A DNA stretch of 63,871 bases, counting the filler, from Octopus bimaculoides (lineage: Eukaryota): assembly GCF_001194135.2 (NCBI RefSeq). It is 5 parts of 4 records of this genome, joined end to end, with 100 filler letters (N's around TTAATTAATTAA, not from the genome) between each part and the next. Parts side by side here need not be neighbours in the genome. Positions count along the whole stretch, not along the records: positions 23,538 to 54,583 come from NC_068983.1; 4 more parts are not named here. The stretch is one strand, 5' to 3'. The notes beneath the pieces are model-generated. The model had not been told where the DNA came from, ran no database searches, and was given only the letters and a program-made list of their open reading frames with translations. Made by a program: the position numbers and the translations under genes. Positions 40,430 through 52,284 of this stretch are shown here, one piece after another. Numbering within the stretch: position 1 is the first letter of the stretch; each line of letters opens with the position of its first letter.

Positions 40430-41451
40430 TCTCCCCCTTTTAGTTATTTTATTTAACAATCAATTTCTTTTATTCACCCTACCTCCTCTTTTGTTCGTAT
40501 ATACTAAATATCTTTTCTTCTGAGGGTTTACTTTTAGGAATTCAGTGTTTTTCCTTTTCCTCGTATGAGGTTTTCCGACTTCTTCTAACGGTGTTGGAAC
40601 CTGAAAAGTCTCATATAGAAAATCTATCGGTATTTCTACTCTTGTTGGTTCCTTTTCTATGATACTTTCCTTAAGGTGATTTCTACGTCTCCTTTCCATT
40701 CCATTTCTGCTTCTTACACCATACATAATTCTTCCTATGTATGTTACAATTTCTCCTTCTTCCCAGTATTGCTTGTCATTTTTATACATTCTTACATATA
40801 CCTTATCACAGATTCTAAAGAATTTTGGCATGCCTTTACTAGCACCTATTTTTTCTTCACTGGTAACAGTTTATCGAATACTGACTTCACCCTTCTGGCA
40901 AACATTAATTCTGCTAGTGAACTTCCTTCTGGCGCATTTGGATAGGGAGTTACCCTGTATACTCTTACGAATTGTTGGATCGCGACCGCATCCGTAGCTT
41001 CCTTATTATCTTTCTTTAAAGCTCTCTTAAAAGTATCCACGAACCGTTCGGCCTATCCATTCGATCTAAGGTGATACGGTGCTATAGTTTGATGTTCTAA
41101 CGTGAACATCTCGCCGAATCTTTTAAACTCACAGGATACAAACTGTGTTCCGTTATCAGAGACAATTATATCTGGTGCACCAAATCTTGCGAACAGCTCG
41201 TGTAAGAAGTTTATTTCCGCATCTGAGTTGGTCATTTACACTGCGCGACCTCAGGCCATTTTGTGCTTGATAGTGGGTAATTGTGTGTGAGTAAACATCG
41301 TTTAATCTGATTGAGGCGTCTGCACACACTCTTAACTTTTCTTTTGTGTAGACTGCAAGTGCTGCGCAGTCTGCATAGTCAATTTTTTCAATTATATTCA
41401 GGCTTTCCAACCTTTCTAGTTCTTTATTGACTAGGTCTATCGCCGCAAACA
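40430..41451 (-). mobile_element. Ty3/Gypsy pol remnant: RT N-terminus joined to integrase core
   Basis: FAAIDLVNKELERLESLNIIEKIDYADCAA (RT start); then KWPEV..FLHELFARFGAPDIIVSDNGTQFVSCEF..TIAPYHLRSNG.AERFVDTFKRALKK..RVTPYPNAPEGSSLAELMF (integrase), with frameshifts and stops. Confidence 0.9.
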
Positions 41452-41670
41452 CTCTCTCCGATTATTCTGCACCCAAACACTCTGAAATATTCGTATTGGA
41501 GCGTCCGGTGCGAATGCCAAGCAGTACAGCATGTCGTTTCCAAATTTTTGGCAGAGTGAATTGCGTCATGATGCTATTTTTCTTACAGACGGGGGTCAAC
41601 TGACCCTACTATACTGTGTAGTCGTCAAAATCAAAAATATAAAATGGCGACAATTTACCCATCGCACATT
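41452..41670 (-). mobile_element. 5' end of a DD37D (maT-like) Tc1/mariner transposon
   Basis: Its terminus resembles the terminus at about 46685-46709; minus ORF start MTQFTLPKIWKRHAVLLGIRTGRSNTNISECLG (HTH-like). Confidence 0.6.
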
Positions 41671-41727
41671 ATATATAAGTTATATGTACAAGTTATATAT
41701 ATATATATATATAATCATAAATATATA

Positions 41728-42027
41728 GGGATTGACAGTAACCTGCTTCTCCAACATACTGAGAATTCAGAAATAGCAGCCAAAGAACTATTGATTCCAA
41801 AACTACAAATTTTACTCTAAATTGATAGCGATATTTCTGATACACACAGAACAAAAAACAGTAGAGAAGAGTAAAAAAAACCACTTGCCTTTAGTTAATT
41901 TAGTACGATCGTTTCACAGTTAAGAGCATTCTGATCTTCAGCTAAATATTCTAATAAATTTGCTAATGTCTAAATGTCATATTTCTGAATTCTCAGTATG
42001 TTGGAGAAGCAGGTTACTGTCAAGCCC
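41728..42027. mobile_element. 300-bp MITE with 48-bp TIRs and TATA target duplication
   Basis: TATA|GGGATTGACAGTAACCTGCTTCTCCAACATACTGAGAATTCAGAAATA...TATTTCTGAATTCTCAGTATGTTGGAGAAGCAGGTTACTGTCAAGCCC|TATA; 47/48 match. Confidence 0.9.
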
Positions 42028-42158
42028 TATATATTTATGATTATAAATGATTTTACCGAAAAGGTTTTTTCATACTGAGCTACCCGGCAAAATTGTTAAT
42101 TATTAATTTTATTACTAATTGACGATTCCCTGCCCTGCATATCTATATATATATATAT

Positions 42159-42217
<59 letters not shown>

Positions 42218-42233
42218 TACATACACACACATG

Positions 42234-42283
<50 letters not shown>

Positions 42284-42508
42284 ATTAAAACTAAAGTTTA
42301 GATATGACATTTTTAAAATTCAACATCCAAGTTTTATTTCCTGTATGTCCCTAGTAGTGTACCGAGAGATTACGTTCACCACTTACGGCTACCATAAGTC
42401 ATCCGCGGTAAAAGAAGTTTGGTCGTTGGATCTACGTTAGGAATACCTAGGTGCATGTTGAGTATATTCTAAATGATTGATACGGACGACAGAATGTACT
42501 AGTAACTT

Positions 42509-42623
42509 TATCATGATGACCGTTTCGGCATACTTCTGCATTGATGCATAATAGGTAGAGACCGATATAATAAAATTGAATGCAGCCCACAGTGCAGAAG
42601 AAACCTCATCAGGTGACATGATA
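42509..42623 (-). ncRNA. Minimal type-I hammerhead ribozyme motif with intact core
   Basis: Minus strand: TATCATG-TCAC-CTGATGA-GGTTTCTTCTGCA-(~50 nt)-TGCAGAAGTATGCC-GAAA-C-G-GTC-AT-CATGATA; all conserved core nucleotides present; predicted cleavage after C42518. Confidence 0.6.
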
Positions 42624-42703
42624 GGCTTCTAAGTTATAAATTTTACATTAGGCTCATAAGCGTAGCTGGATGATGTTGTTAATATTGGTGTGTTGGTAGT
42701 AGT

Positions 42704-42900
42704 CATAATGTTAAGCAAAAAAGTTGGTGGCTCAATGCCAGCTCAGTAGCCCAGACATGACCTGCATCCATCCAAGGAGGAGAATTCTGAGTGTATGGCA
42801 GGATATGCCAAAATACACTGGCGGAGCAGAAAAACCGTGATATATATTCATCAGAGCTCAACAGCCTGGAAGTGGTCGATAAGAAATACAAAATAGAATG
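42704..42900 (+). mobile_element. mariner transposase fragment
   Basis: HNVKQKSWWLN...HPRRRILSVWQDM; same lineage as 48572-48720. Confidence 0.6.
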
Positions 42901-42984
42901 CAAATAATAAAGAGGTAGGATTTAATGACTTTGAAATGAAAGCTATTGATAGTCGGTCATGTCTACATACGTACATATATACAC

Positions 42985-43017
<33 letters not shown>

Positions 43018-43572
43018 NNNNNNNNNNNNNNNNNNNNNNNNNNNNNNNNNNNNNNNNNNNNNNNNNNNNNNNNNNNNNNNNNNNNNNNNNNNNNNNNNNN
43101 NNNNNNNNNNNNNNNNNNNNNNNNNNNNNNNNNNNNNNNNNNNNNNNNNNNNNNNNNNNNNNNNNNNNNNNNNNNNNNNNNNNNNNNNNNNNNNNNNNNN
43201 NNNNNNNNNNNNNNNNNNNNNNNNNNNNNNNNNNNNNNNNNNNNNNNNNNNNNNNNNNNNNNNNNNNNNNNNNNNNNNNNNNNNNNNNNNNNNNNNNNNN
43301 NNNNNNNNNNNNNNNNNNNNNNNNNNNNNNNNNNNNNNNNNNNNNNNNNNNNNNNNNNNNNNNNNNNNNNNNNNNNNNNNNNNNNNNNNNNNNNNNNNNN
43401 NNNNNNNNNNNNNNNNNNNNNNNNNNNNNNNNNNNNNNNNNNNNNNNNNNNNNNNNNNNNNNNNNNNNNNNNNNNNNNNNNNNNNNNNNNNNNNNNNNNN
43501 NNNNNNNNNNNNNNNNNNNNNNNNNNNNNNNNNNNNNNNNNNNNNNNNNNNNNNNNNNNNNNNNNNNNNNNN

Positions 43573-43617
<45 letters not shown>

Positions 43618-44732
43618 TTGTGTACTTGTATATAGGAATGTGAGGGTATACATTTATATGCATGTGTGTATATGTGTATGTGTGTGCGTATATCTACTGC
43701 CCTTAAGTTAAATACGACGAAGGATGATGACAGTTTTATGTTTTATTCTTTGGACTGTACCACTTCAATCAGATTTTAAACAGAGAACTTTTCTGTTCGG
43801 TTATGTGACCTTTTAATTTACCTATGGCTACAACTTGTCTGTGATTCTTAGGTCTTTTTGACGCCAGTAAAGAATCATGAACTAATTTAGATAACTTCAA
43901 TTTAAATATTATGTGTGTTTGTTATCTCTATTTCTTATTTGCCTTTTTAGGCCACACCTAATTCTTCTATTTTCCTATATATTGAATGTTAATTTTGTAT
44001 GTTGGATCTGTCAACGTTAATGTAAAATGTAACACCTGTTTTAAAATCCAACCTGTTTCAAATCTTACCACACCAAAGACCAACACAAGAGTTAGATCTA
44101 TGGTTTAGATCGGATTCGGTACACGTATAGCTACAATATCCTAGCAAGACCTGATGCATTCAATGTTGTAAACCTGACTACGAGGTCTGTGTTGTCGTAT
44201 CAAGTCATTCCGCTGTCCTATGTGACGATGTACTTTGATCCTATTGAATCTTTATAACCGAATCATGTATATATATATATATATATATNNNNNNNNNNNN
44301 NNNNNNNNNNNNNNNNNNNNNNNNNNNNNNNNNNNNNNNNNNNNNNNCACACATATATATTCACAATTTAGGTTAGTTCAAATATCTTTCTCACATATTT
44401 CAACTGCTAAAGGCAAATACGTTGCAGTTACCGTGGAGAAAAAAATCTTTCTTTTGGGTAAAAAGGTGTGAAAACATCCAATTCGTTCAGTGTCGCCCTC
44501 TCTTGGGAATCTCATACATCAATGTATCGTGTTTATTGACTCTCGTCGATGAGATGTACCTAAGAGATGATTCTGCTTTATGATAATTGTATATCATACA
44601 CAGATAGGTCAATACAGGACGTTTATGAGTTCATTTTACAGTGGTTTTAAAAATATGATGAATATTAATTTTAAAAGTTTTACAGATTTTACTATTTACT
44701 CTTGTCCGTGAAGCCCAAAGGCTACACCATGC

Positions 44733-46080
44733 TTTTTTTTTTTTTTTACCAAGAATGAGATTAAGTAGGGTCAGTCACACCCAACTTCCTTGCTACATCC
44801 TTCCATCTTTTCCCAAATATACTTCGCGACAGGTGTCTCTTCTCCAGCCCTATCTTGCTCTTCAGATGATATCTGAAGTAATATAGCAAACCAAGGCCGG
44901 AGATGAAAGTTCCCATCGCGACTCCTTTCCTTCTAGTTCTCCATATACACTCTTTCAACCCTGCGACTATGCATAAAAAACATGCCTCACTTTCTTTTAA
45001 TAGCCCGGGTGGTGGTACAATCTTGATCATGGACTCAGCAGATAGCTGTACTCTTCCTAGATGCGACAGCACGTGTTCTACGTAAATTATCAAGATCGAA
45101 AGCTCCGGGCACTGTACAAGAGCGTGCAGAACGATTTCATCGTCATGCCTGCAACTTGGGCATGCCGATGGCACAGACATCTTATGCCTAGGCAATCTTT
45201 CGCGAACAGGTAACGTACTTCTATAGCACTGCCAGGTCAGGGATTTCTGGTAGTTATCTTGGTAGCAAACAGAGCGCCTCACAAGCGGTTTTCCTCCCCT
45301 CCGCTAAAAGTGGAAGAGAAAGCGTGCCAACTTGCTTAGCTACGAATCAGAGCAAGGGTGATAACAGATGCAACATATACCTGCACCACCTCCACCCTCC
45401 ATTTCAGGGATAGCGCCCTTCCAGACCAGGTCCGGATTAGAGCCTCCACCCTATTTGCCACCTCCAATTCTTCTCCGTCTCGGAATCCGGTCCAAACCAG
45501 ACTCCAAGCAACTTAACAGGACCTTCCGTTCAGTGCCCCACGACACTGGACTTTATCGTCTTGCCGCTCCAGGTGCCGAGCCGCAAGCCGATGGACTTGT
45601 CCTTATTAATTTTTGCCCCTGCCACCGCCTCATATCCTTTGATAGCATCCTCTACACAAGGTAGATGAGCTTCATCGGACACGGTGATGGTGATCATCGG
45701 ACACAGTGATGGTGATCATCGGACACGGTGATGGTGATCATCGGACACGGTGATGGTCATATCCGCATATGCAGAAACAGACTTGCCACATCCCAATTCA
45801 TTAGGGATGCCTCTAAAACTCTCCAATCTCCGCAGCAATGGCTCAAGAGACAATACATACAGAAGAAGAGAGGCGCTCTCCCCAAACAACCGGGCGAAAT
45901 GCTGGTGAAAAGCCTTTTATATCACTTCCTGTCCTTCCATCGTAAGCCCATGTTCGTCCATTAAAGACTTGATAGAGGTTTCTCTGCCTCTCCGACACTG
46001 CGCACGACGTGCCCATCCGGCAACATTAATGCCCTCTCTCCTCACTGCACGAAGCTTAGCTCTGACTCAACACCCTTCGT
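44733..46080 (-). mobile_element. 5'-truncated, internally deleted L1/Tx1-type LINE
   Basis: Poly(A) tail (T run at about 44733-44747) just after stop 44761; ORF 44761-45282 with zinc finger CPSCRHDDEIVLHALVQCP; RT motifs LLYVLSLEPLLRRL, SAYAD, YEAVAGAKINKDKS, VKLLGVWFG; linker GC*VRAKLR..KAFHQHFARLF. Confidence 0.9.
45673..45760. repeat. 22-bp tandem repeat x4 (CATCGGACACGGTGATGGTGAT) inside the LINE RT
   Basis: Units start at 45673, 45695, 45717 and 45739. Confidence 0.9.
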
Positions 46081-46089
46081 GTTTGGCTT

Positions 46090-46709
46090 TGAGATGACAG
46101 AAAATCAAACATCCTGTCAGCATCATTGTGTTTGCAGTGATCACTAGTGATGGCGACGTTATGCCTTCAGTCATCTGCTCACACGGCATCAGACACAACA
46201 CAGAGGCCTAAATCAAGTGCCTGAAGGATGTAGTGCTGTCTTGGGATAAGAGGGTGGCTGCTGGTAGACCCTGTGTCTGGTAACAGAACTCTGAATCATG
46301 TCACATAGGCAGGAGAACCCAGTCATGGCTGTCAGACAATTTCTGCGACCACATCACCTCTAACATCTGGCCACCTAACTACCCAGACTGCAACACCCTT
46401 GATTATGTGTAAGGCGCAGATGAGCGAGAGACCAACAAAATTCATTGTAACACCAAAGATGAACTGAAGGCAAGGATTATAGCAGCATTCACCAGCTTAA
46501 ATAAGGATACCGTCCAGAAGAGTTGCAAGAGATTCCAAAGTGTTGTGGAGGCTGTGGTTGAAGCCAAAGGCGATTTTATAGAATAAAATTACGCTTTAGT
46601 ATTTCAAGATATTTTTATGTAATTTTGGTAAATATATCTGTTAAAATGAGATGTCGGTGTTATTTTCATTTTTGCGTAATTTAGACGACAATATATTCAC
46701 TGCACCCTT
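46090..46709 (+). mobile_element. 3' half of a DD37D (maT-like) transposon, decayed
   Basis: W*QNSESCH...WPPNYPDCNTLDY: 37 residues between the second and third catalytic positions; ends GACGACAATATATTCACTGCACCCT (TIR-like). Confidence 0.85.
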
Positions 46710-46727
46710 GATTTATATAACACATTT

Positions 46728-46789
<62 letters not shown>

Positions 46790-47841
46790 CTGGCAATCTA
46801 ATGTCTGAATCATGTAAAAGATAGAAGATATAGAGTTATAGGTAAGAACTGTAGAAATATATGACTAAGGACTATATATTAAGACCGATATTATTCTTAT
46901 CAGAACTCAGTGTATTAAGATGTCTTTTATATCATTAAATTCTTAACTGTTGCTTCTAAGTTTTTCCGTATATCAGCATATTCGGTTTGTTTTCTTTTAT
47001 AAATTCAAGTTGCTACTGTTGCGATTGAATAATACGAAAGTGCCAACTTCTGGTTAGTGCTTTTGAAGAAGTTCTCCAAGTGGTTTGCGGCGTGGAAGCA
47101 AGCAGAATAGCAGAATAGCAGTGGCAGGACAGCACCGTTGAATGGTGGTGATGGCGATTATAGTTTGGTAGCACATTGTGGATGATAACTAGGTGGGACA
47201 GGCATACTGAGGCTTGTATATGTACGCTTGTATGTGCGTGTTTGTGTGTGCTCCCGAGTGTGTGTGTGTATGTGTGTGCGCGTGTGTGCACGAGTAAATG
47301 TATGTGCATTTGTGAATGTACGTGCGCGCGTGTGTTTAAATGTGTTATATTTTTAGAATCTGTCAACAAAAGTTAGAAGAAAAACGGCGTTCTGAATTAA
47401 GTTAATAGAACTATTGCAGCAGCTTGTTCACTTAAGTTTACTTTTGTTTTTGCCAGGATATAAAGTTAGTAGAATGTAAAATGTATAATGAATATTTTTT
47501 AAGTATACGTAAATTAAAAAACGGAGGTAAACTTGTAAATTATTTATATAAACGGTTTTCAGTATATAGCATCCAAAACAAAGTTTACCACAACCTAAAA
47601 TTGCTAATTTTATGGATGTGGAGTTATGACTAAAATAGTTTTCAGTAATAAATGCTAAATTAAACTGGCTAGAAAATATTAGGAAGTGACTATGTGGTAA
47701 AAAGTTTGCTTTCCAGTCACATGATTCCGGGTTCACTCCCACTGCGTGGCACCTTAGGCGAGTGTTTTCTACACTTGCCTAAGGTCTCGGGCTATAGTAC
47801 AAAACAGTAACCCAAGGTGCCACGGGCTACAGATAGATACA

Positions 47842-47874
<33 letters not shown>

Positions 47875-48262
47875 CTTTGTGTGCGTATGTGAGCCTCATC
47901 AATGCTTGGTACTGATGGTTACATTCCCATAACTCAGCAATTCGGCAAAAGTGTCTGATATAAAATTATCAAGCAAAAAAAATGTACTGGAATCAACTAA
48001 AATTCTTTAAAGTATTGTCCCAGCAAGGTTGCACGCTAATGACTGAAACAAGTAACGGAAAAAGCGATAACGTTGGTAGGCGATTTTAAATCTGTAATCT
48101 AATTGAATTTGTATGACAACAGTGAATCTAAGCAAGAGTAATAAGATACTCGACAATTCACTGTGGCATCAGTGCCTTCTTATGTTTTGAAGGACTTACA
48201 TTATTCAATGCAGCGTTCGGTCAACTGTAATGACCTTTTTAATACCACGTTTCTAAAATTCC

Positions 48263-49115
48263 TTAAGTGAATTTAGGTGAAGTGAAATTGATTGATTTTC
48301 GACTTCTGCTCTTGAAGTATGTCTTAATCCACTCAAATAATTTTTGTAAACTTCTAAGTAGATGGCATTTGCTAGGTGTTAGGTCCGGAATAATTGGTGG
48401 GTGATACATAATTTGCCAGACAATTTTTTCTGGGAGGTCTTTGGTCTTTTGTGCAGTGTGAGATCTAGCGTTGCCATGGTGAAGGATGACTACTTCTCTG
48501 ATGGATGATTTTACAGCCATGCTGGTTTCAAACGTGTTAGCTATTGGTAATATACTTCGACTGCTGTTTGATTATTATCTAGAAGCTCGTGATAAATTAT
48601 TCCACGCATATCTCGCCTTACACTCAGAATTCTCTTCCTTGGATGCAGGCCACGTCTGGGCTACTGGTACTGAGCCACCAACGTTTTTGCTTAACATTAT
48701 GATAAAGTATCCATTTTTAATCTACAGAATGACTCTATTAGGAAGCTCACGAGATGGCAATAATGTACAGCGATCAAGACGTTGTTTACGATTCTCTTCC
48801 AAGGGATCATGCAGGATCCATTTTCCACCCTTTGACACTTTACGAAGCCTTTTCAATTCACGATGAATAGTAATGTGGCTCGGCTCATGTTGACGGCTGT
48901 GCATAATTCCCGAATTGTAACAGTAGGGTTTGCTTCAACAGAGGCTTCCAATGCATCAGGATCCAACCATCTTGGATAACTTTCTCTTGATTCACCCTGC
49001 AGGAGGTAGTCCTCATTGTTGATCGTGAAAACCATCTTTTGCATGTTCTTTCAGTCGTTATGCCATTACCGTAAGTACTTTGGAAAGAATTTGCTGCTAC
49101 ACTTGCACTGTTCAC
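48263..49115 (-). mobile_element. Decayed mariner (ends not resolved)
   Basis: Fragments DALEASVEANPTVTIREL, KVSKGGKWILHDP, KWILYHNVKQK, DMRGIIYHELL, HHGNARSH, PDLTPSKCHLLRSL. Confidence 0.8.
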
Positions 49116-49245
49116 TTTTTAAAATTCATAAAGAATAAGGTGACGAATTTATTATTTACTTGGCGTGAATATGATGCTAATACAAAAATTTGAATTATTA
49201 TGAAATTGTCAAAATCTGAAAGAAAATTACATGAATATATATTCA

Positions 49246-49302
<57 letters not shown>

Positions 49303-49307
<5 letters not shown>

Positions 49308-49823
49308 GGTGACGGCCTTAGTTTTGTGGAATGACATGAGAATTGTGCTTCTAGATTATCTTCAAAAGTCTCACAGAATCAATGAAGGGTACTATGCCAA
49401 CTTGCTAAGGCAGTTACGAAATGTTATCAAGACCAAACATTTAGAAAAACTAGCGAAAAGGGTTTTGTTTCATCGGAACAATGCTCCAGAACACAATATC
49501 CTTCGTTTGAATGGCTGTGGATCTGTACCGGTTGATCACCCTCCATGTTCTCTTGATTTGGCCCCATCTGACTATTATTTGTTCCCCAACAGGAAAAAAC
49601 ACTTGGCCAGAAAGCAGTATCTAAGCAATGACGTCATATCTACTGTTGATGAGATTTTTGACCAACAATATGAAAGTTTCTTCACCAATGGGATCGAAGC
49701 GCTGCAACGCAGATGAAAGAAGTGTGTGGACCGCAAGAGGGACTATGTTGAAAGATAAACCGCATTTGGTCGACATTCCATGAGAGAATTTTGGTTAACC
49801 TTCGAAGTTTTCAGTCGACCCTC
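49303..49823 (+). mobile_element. 3' half of a second mariner lineage
   Basis: KVTALVLWNDMRIVLLDYLQK...YYANLLRQL...VLFHRNNAPEH...PPCSLDLAPSDYYLFP; ends in TIR-like TTTTCAGTCGACCCTC. Confidence 0.85.
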
Positions 49824-51629
49824 CTAAGAATGAATTTGATCCTAACGGGCTGTGAATGACAGCTTTGTTGTTCATAGCCGACAACATGAAAGAGTGCAGA
49901 AACGAATGCGTTCACGATCCAATAGCCTCCGCCTTGACCCACTATTTGTTTTCCTTCATTTCGCCAAGAAGAATTATCTTCCAGGATTATTTCTGCAATG
50001 AAATGTCTTCTCACTCCCGAAATTGCTAGAACATTTAAATTTTACTATACATGCATACAAACACACACACACGCACATACACTCATACATGCATGCTTAC
50101 GCACACATACACGCATGCGTACATACATACGTATTTACGTACCTATGTGTGTATGTGTGTGTGTATACATTTATTTGTTGTTGATGCTGTTGTTAATAAT
50201 TAGAAATAATTAGGAGCTAGTAGTACATTGCAACTAAGAGAATTGTTTACCTTGATATAATTACATGATCTAATAGTAAATTGTTAATGTTAACGAGTGT
50301 GATTTCTATTTAATTGAAATCTATGTTGTGGAGGATGTGTAGTTATCTATAAAAACACTTTGGTTATTAATTAAAACGGTATTTTATGAGTAAAGATTAG
50401 ATGTAGTTACAATATAAATATTCTGTACACGTGGATACGCACAAACACACAAACACATACACCGACACACAGACACACAAACACACACATAATGCATGTG
50501 TAATTTTGTAGTGGTAGGATATGGAAGACGTGAAACTAGATGTACAAAGTCTGACTTATCTTAACGCTGACTTATCTTAATGCTACTTGTGAGAGCATTA
50601 TACCTTATGTTTTATGAGGTAGAGGCACGAGAGAGAAGAGACAAGGCTACAAGTAAGGAACCCATCATCAGCAAGTAGAAAAAGAGAATATTTATGTTTT
50701 TGGCAGAAGTACATCTACTCCCTGTTTGATGAGATAGATGCATGGGAAAGAATACAGAACAAGTGTATTCTATTGTGGCCCCCAAATAACCAGGAATCGA
50801 CCAGTAATATCAATAAATAGCGAATTGGAAGAAGGGATTCCGTTGGAAGGTGTCGAAATTGTACAGATCTCGAGCTTGCAGATGATGAGGGGCAAATTCC
50901 ACATTTCAAGCTGAATGTAAAACAGTGTTTGTTTGGTTACCTATCAATGTCTGCATATATTTGTCTATTTGTTTTGCACTCCCTTTTTTGTCCCGTTATC
51001 CATTTCCCTCCGATACTCATGCTAATTATTGTATGGCTGAGTGTGTGTGAAGGACAGAGAGATTAGATGTATATGCATATATATGTATTTATAAACACAG
51101 ACACACATATATTTATATACTTTTATATATATATACATATATATATATATATANNNNNNNNNNNNNNNNNNNNNNNNNNNNNNNNNNNNNNNNNNNNNNN
51201 NNNNNNNNNNNNNNNNNNNNNNNNNNNNNNNNNNNNNNNNNNNNNNNNNNNNNNNNNNNNNNNNNNNNNNNNNNNNNNNNNNNNNNNNNNNNNNNNNNNN
51301 NNNNNNNNNNNNNNNNNNNNNNNNNNNNNNNNNNNNNNNNNNNNNNNNNNNNNNNNNNNNNNNNNNNNNNNNNNNNNNNNNNNNNNNNNNNNNNNNNNNN
51401 NNNNNNNNNNNNNNNNNNNNNNNNNNNNNNNNNNNNNNNNNNNNNNNNNNNNNNNNNNNNNNNNNNNNNNNNNNNNNNNNNNNNNNNNNNNNNNNNNNNN
51501 NNNNNNNNNNNNNNNNNNNNNNNNNNNNNNNNNNNNNNNNNNNNNNNNNNNNNNNNNNNNNNNNNNNNNNNNNNNNNNNNNNNNNNNNNNNNNNNNNNNN
51601 NNNNNNNNNNNNNNNNNNNNNNNNNNNNN

Positions 51630-51679
<50 letters not shown>

Positions 51680-52244
51680 GCATGTGTGTGTATTTGTGTG
51701 TGTGTGTGCGTGCGTGTGTGTGTGTACTTTTTATTAATGCTGCAAAATTATCACAGAACTGTTATACTCAGAATTTCACGTTCCAGTTCGTCAGACAATT
51801 TTGATAAAAACTGTATTAAAATCGTGATTTTACACATAAAATAATGTCATGCGATATAATGCAAAATACACTAATAAGCATTTAAATTTATTGGATGGCA
51901 GTTTTTTTCATAGCGGTATAATTTACTTAACATAACGGTATAATCTACGTTACAAGTTGGGTGATAGTGGAATGTGAAAATTAAGCAATAAAGGTGTGAT
52001 AAAACCAGAATAAAACTTACGTGGACCGGGTGGGAAACTTTCAAAAATAAATAATAATTAATAATAAAGCGAGTCGGGTATTAGAGGTGTAAAAATTAAA
52101 TTAATAATAACAATAATTGGGAAATTACACTTCACCCAAACTACCAACCAATCAAATGTAAATGCTTATTCGTGTATTTTGAATTACGTCACATAACATT
52201 ATATTATATGTACAACGACCATTTTAATTCAGTTTTTTATCACA

Positions 52245-52284
52245 ATTGTCCGACGAAAGGGAACGTGAAACACTAAGTAACAAT
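52245..52284 (+). ncRNA. Degenerate minimal hammerhead-like motif
   Basis: ATTGT-CCGACGA-A-AGG-GAAC-GT-GAAA-C-ACTAA-GTA-ACAAT; perfect 5-bp stem I, U4 replaced by C, stem II damaged. Confidence 0.4.

Noticed and set aside
41610-41650. TGGCGAC as a possible Gypsy primer-binding site
   Set aside because: It is on the wrong strand for the minus-strand Gypsy and falls within the DD37D terminal repeat; no 5' LTR is visible.
48572-48705. ~130-bp segment shared with 42704-42860, at first read as an unknown insertion inside a mariner
   Set aside because: Translation (KWILYHNVKQK...DMRGIIYHELL) shows it is mariner transposase itself; the other hit is a second fragment of the same lineage.
50705-50930. 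Coding-looking island (KYIYSLFDEIDAWERIQNK...; ...ISINSELEEGIPLEGVEIVQ)
   Set aside because: No single frame stays open between credible splice sites; the FDEIDA resemblance to the SMC D-loop lacks the surrounding motif.
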